This document shows, one piece after another, positions 62,960 through 64,000 of a stretch of 64,000 nt of DNA. The translations under genes and the position numbers were made by a program. The DNA is from an uncultured Methylomirabilota bacterium (GTDB taxonomy: Bacteria; Methylomirabilota; Methylomirabilia; Methylomirabilales; 2-02-FULL-66-22): the NCBI GenBank assembly GCA_963705305.1, contig OY970067.1, positions 1,504,001 through 1,568,000 of the forward strand, written 5' to 3'. How positions within the stretch are numbered: the first letter of the stretch is position 1; each line of letters begins with the position of its first letter. Below the pieces are notes generated by a model that was not told the DNA's origin, made no database searches, and saw nothing but the letters and a program-made list of their open reading frames with translations.

Positions 62960-63583
62960 CTACCCGGCGGATTCTCCTGCCTGGGCGAGGCGCGCCTGGA
63001 TTTCCTCCGTCGTGAGGGCATCCCGTCCCACGGGCCGGCGGTCCGAGAGCAGCGTCCCTGTCCGCGGATGCGCCAGCTTTCGCTCGATCATCGCCTTGCG
63101 CCGGAGCTGGGGGTAGAGGAAATGCACGGCGATGGTCGCCGGGGGCGGTACGCCATAGGGGAGCGGCGGGACGCCGAACCCGCCGTCGGCCCGCCGCACG
63201 AATGGCGCCAGTCGGGATTCGTCGTCCCTCAGCGTGTCGCCCCTTTGGGGGCGGCATTGATTGGTGTGCGTCCGGATCGTCTCCCAGGTCGCCAGGTAGG
63301 CTTCCCAGCGATCGGCCTTGTCGAGCATCGAGAGGATGCCGCGATAGAGCAGAATCTGGTTGGCCTGGCACCCGCGCTCGCCGAGCTGCCGGCGGTGCTG
63401 CTGCGTGGCCAGGAGCAGCCGCAATCCTGCTTCCAGGCCATCCTCGTACGCTTCGGTCGCGTCGATCTCTCGCCAAAGGGCCTTCCACGTCTCGCCCTCC
63501 ATGGTGACGCAATAGCTCTCCCAGTCGAGCGGGTCCGCTGTCGGGCGCGAGAGGAGCTGCGCGAGCCATTCCTGAATGTTCAT
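62960..63583 (-). CDS. hypothetical protein
   Basis: 207-aa [14 protein letters not shown]... in a same-strand run. Confidence 0.6.
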   Translation of the reverse strand: MNIQEWLAQLLSRPTADPLDWESYCVTMEGETWKALWREIDATEAYEDGLEAGLRLLLATQQHRRQLGERGCQANQILLYRGILSMLDKADRWEAYLATWETIRTHTNQCRPQRGDTLRDDESRLAPFVRRADGGFGVPPLPYGVPPPATIAVHFLYPQLRRKAMIERKLAHPRTGTLLSDRRPVGRDALTTEEIQARLAQAGESAG

Positions 63584-63689
63584 GGGGCCCTCTTGTGAAG
63601 GGGCGATTGGCACGGAGGCTGACCGAAAAGAGCCGGCGTGTCACCGGCGCGAGCGCCAATGCCAGGTGGGGAGGGATGCGTCATACGCC

Positions 63690-64000
63690 TCAGCCTCTTG
63701 TTCGTTCGCTGCGCAGAGCCTTCAAGTGGCCGTACCCGACCCACGCGCGTCGCTCCTCATCCCACAGGCGGTAGGTAAGGGATCTCAGACTGGAGAGCAA
63801 CGTCACGCGTTCGACGCTCTGAAACAGCGGATCGGCATTGTAGCACCTCTCGAGGTTATAGTTGGGGATCCCGGGGCTCAGGTGATGGATGTGGTGGAAC
63901 CCGATGTTGCCCGTGAACCACTGCAGCACCCTGGGGAGCTTATAGAAGGAGCTGCCGTAGAGTGCCGCCGTCACATAGTCCCAGCGGTCGCGGTGCTCCC
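63690..64000 (-). CDS. membrane fatty acid desaturase, 3' part only
   Basis: GSSFYKLP..LQWFTGNIGFHHIHHL..IPNYNL (third His box). Confidence 0.88.
   Translation of the reverse strand, partial: EHRDRWDYVTAALYGSSFYKLPRVLQWFTGNIGFHHIHHLSPGIPNYNLERCYNADPLFQSVERVTLLSSLRSLTYRLWDEERRAWVGYGHLKALRSERTRG

Noticed and set aside
1..64000. Genome-wide UGA reassignment, CRISPR arrays, rRNA, phage or defence genes
   Set aside because: Many genes end at TGA at their expected C-termini; no repeat-spacer array or recognisable rRNA, cas or phage motif was seen.

Overview
High-GC bacterial chromosomal window using genetic code 11; TGA is the usual stop. Taxon cannot be fixed from the sequence alone. It holds about 50 genes, mostly catabolic or accessory. 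Main contents: a tRNA-Arg with a rare GCG anticodon; an OsmC/Ohr-family gene whose catalytic position is an in-frame TGA followed by a SECIS-like hairpin (predicted selenoprotein missed by the ORF track); a GntR-led operon (cupin, aminotransferase, adenylosuccinate-lyase-like enzyme, MmgE/PrpD protein, peptide-type ABC importer without ATPase, PatB/MalY C-S lyase) that looks like a route for succinylated amino-acid or thioether adducts; pfkA, tcuAB, split UxaA/SuyAB-like genes with DUF169 and an SCP2-TudS-like fusion; a serpin and a Kunitz-domain protein; gcl, an AOR and a Tm-1-like/PEP-hydrolase-like pair; a TRAP transporter bracketed by recombinase-tail remnants; and an ~8.7 kb cyclic beta-1,2-glucan synthase gene. 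Mobile or repeat DNA: one intact IS630, one CTAG-flanked MITE and a REP-like palindrome. Several single-base frameshifts and internally deleted remnants may be gene decay or sequencing error. Product calls come from motif recognition, not database searches.
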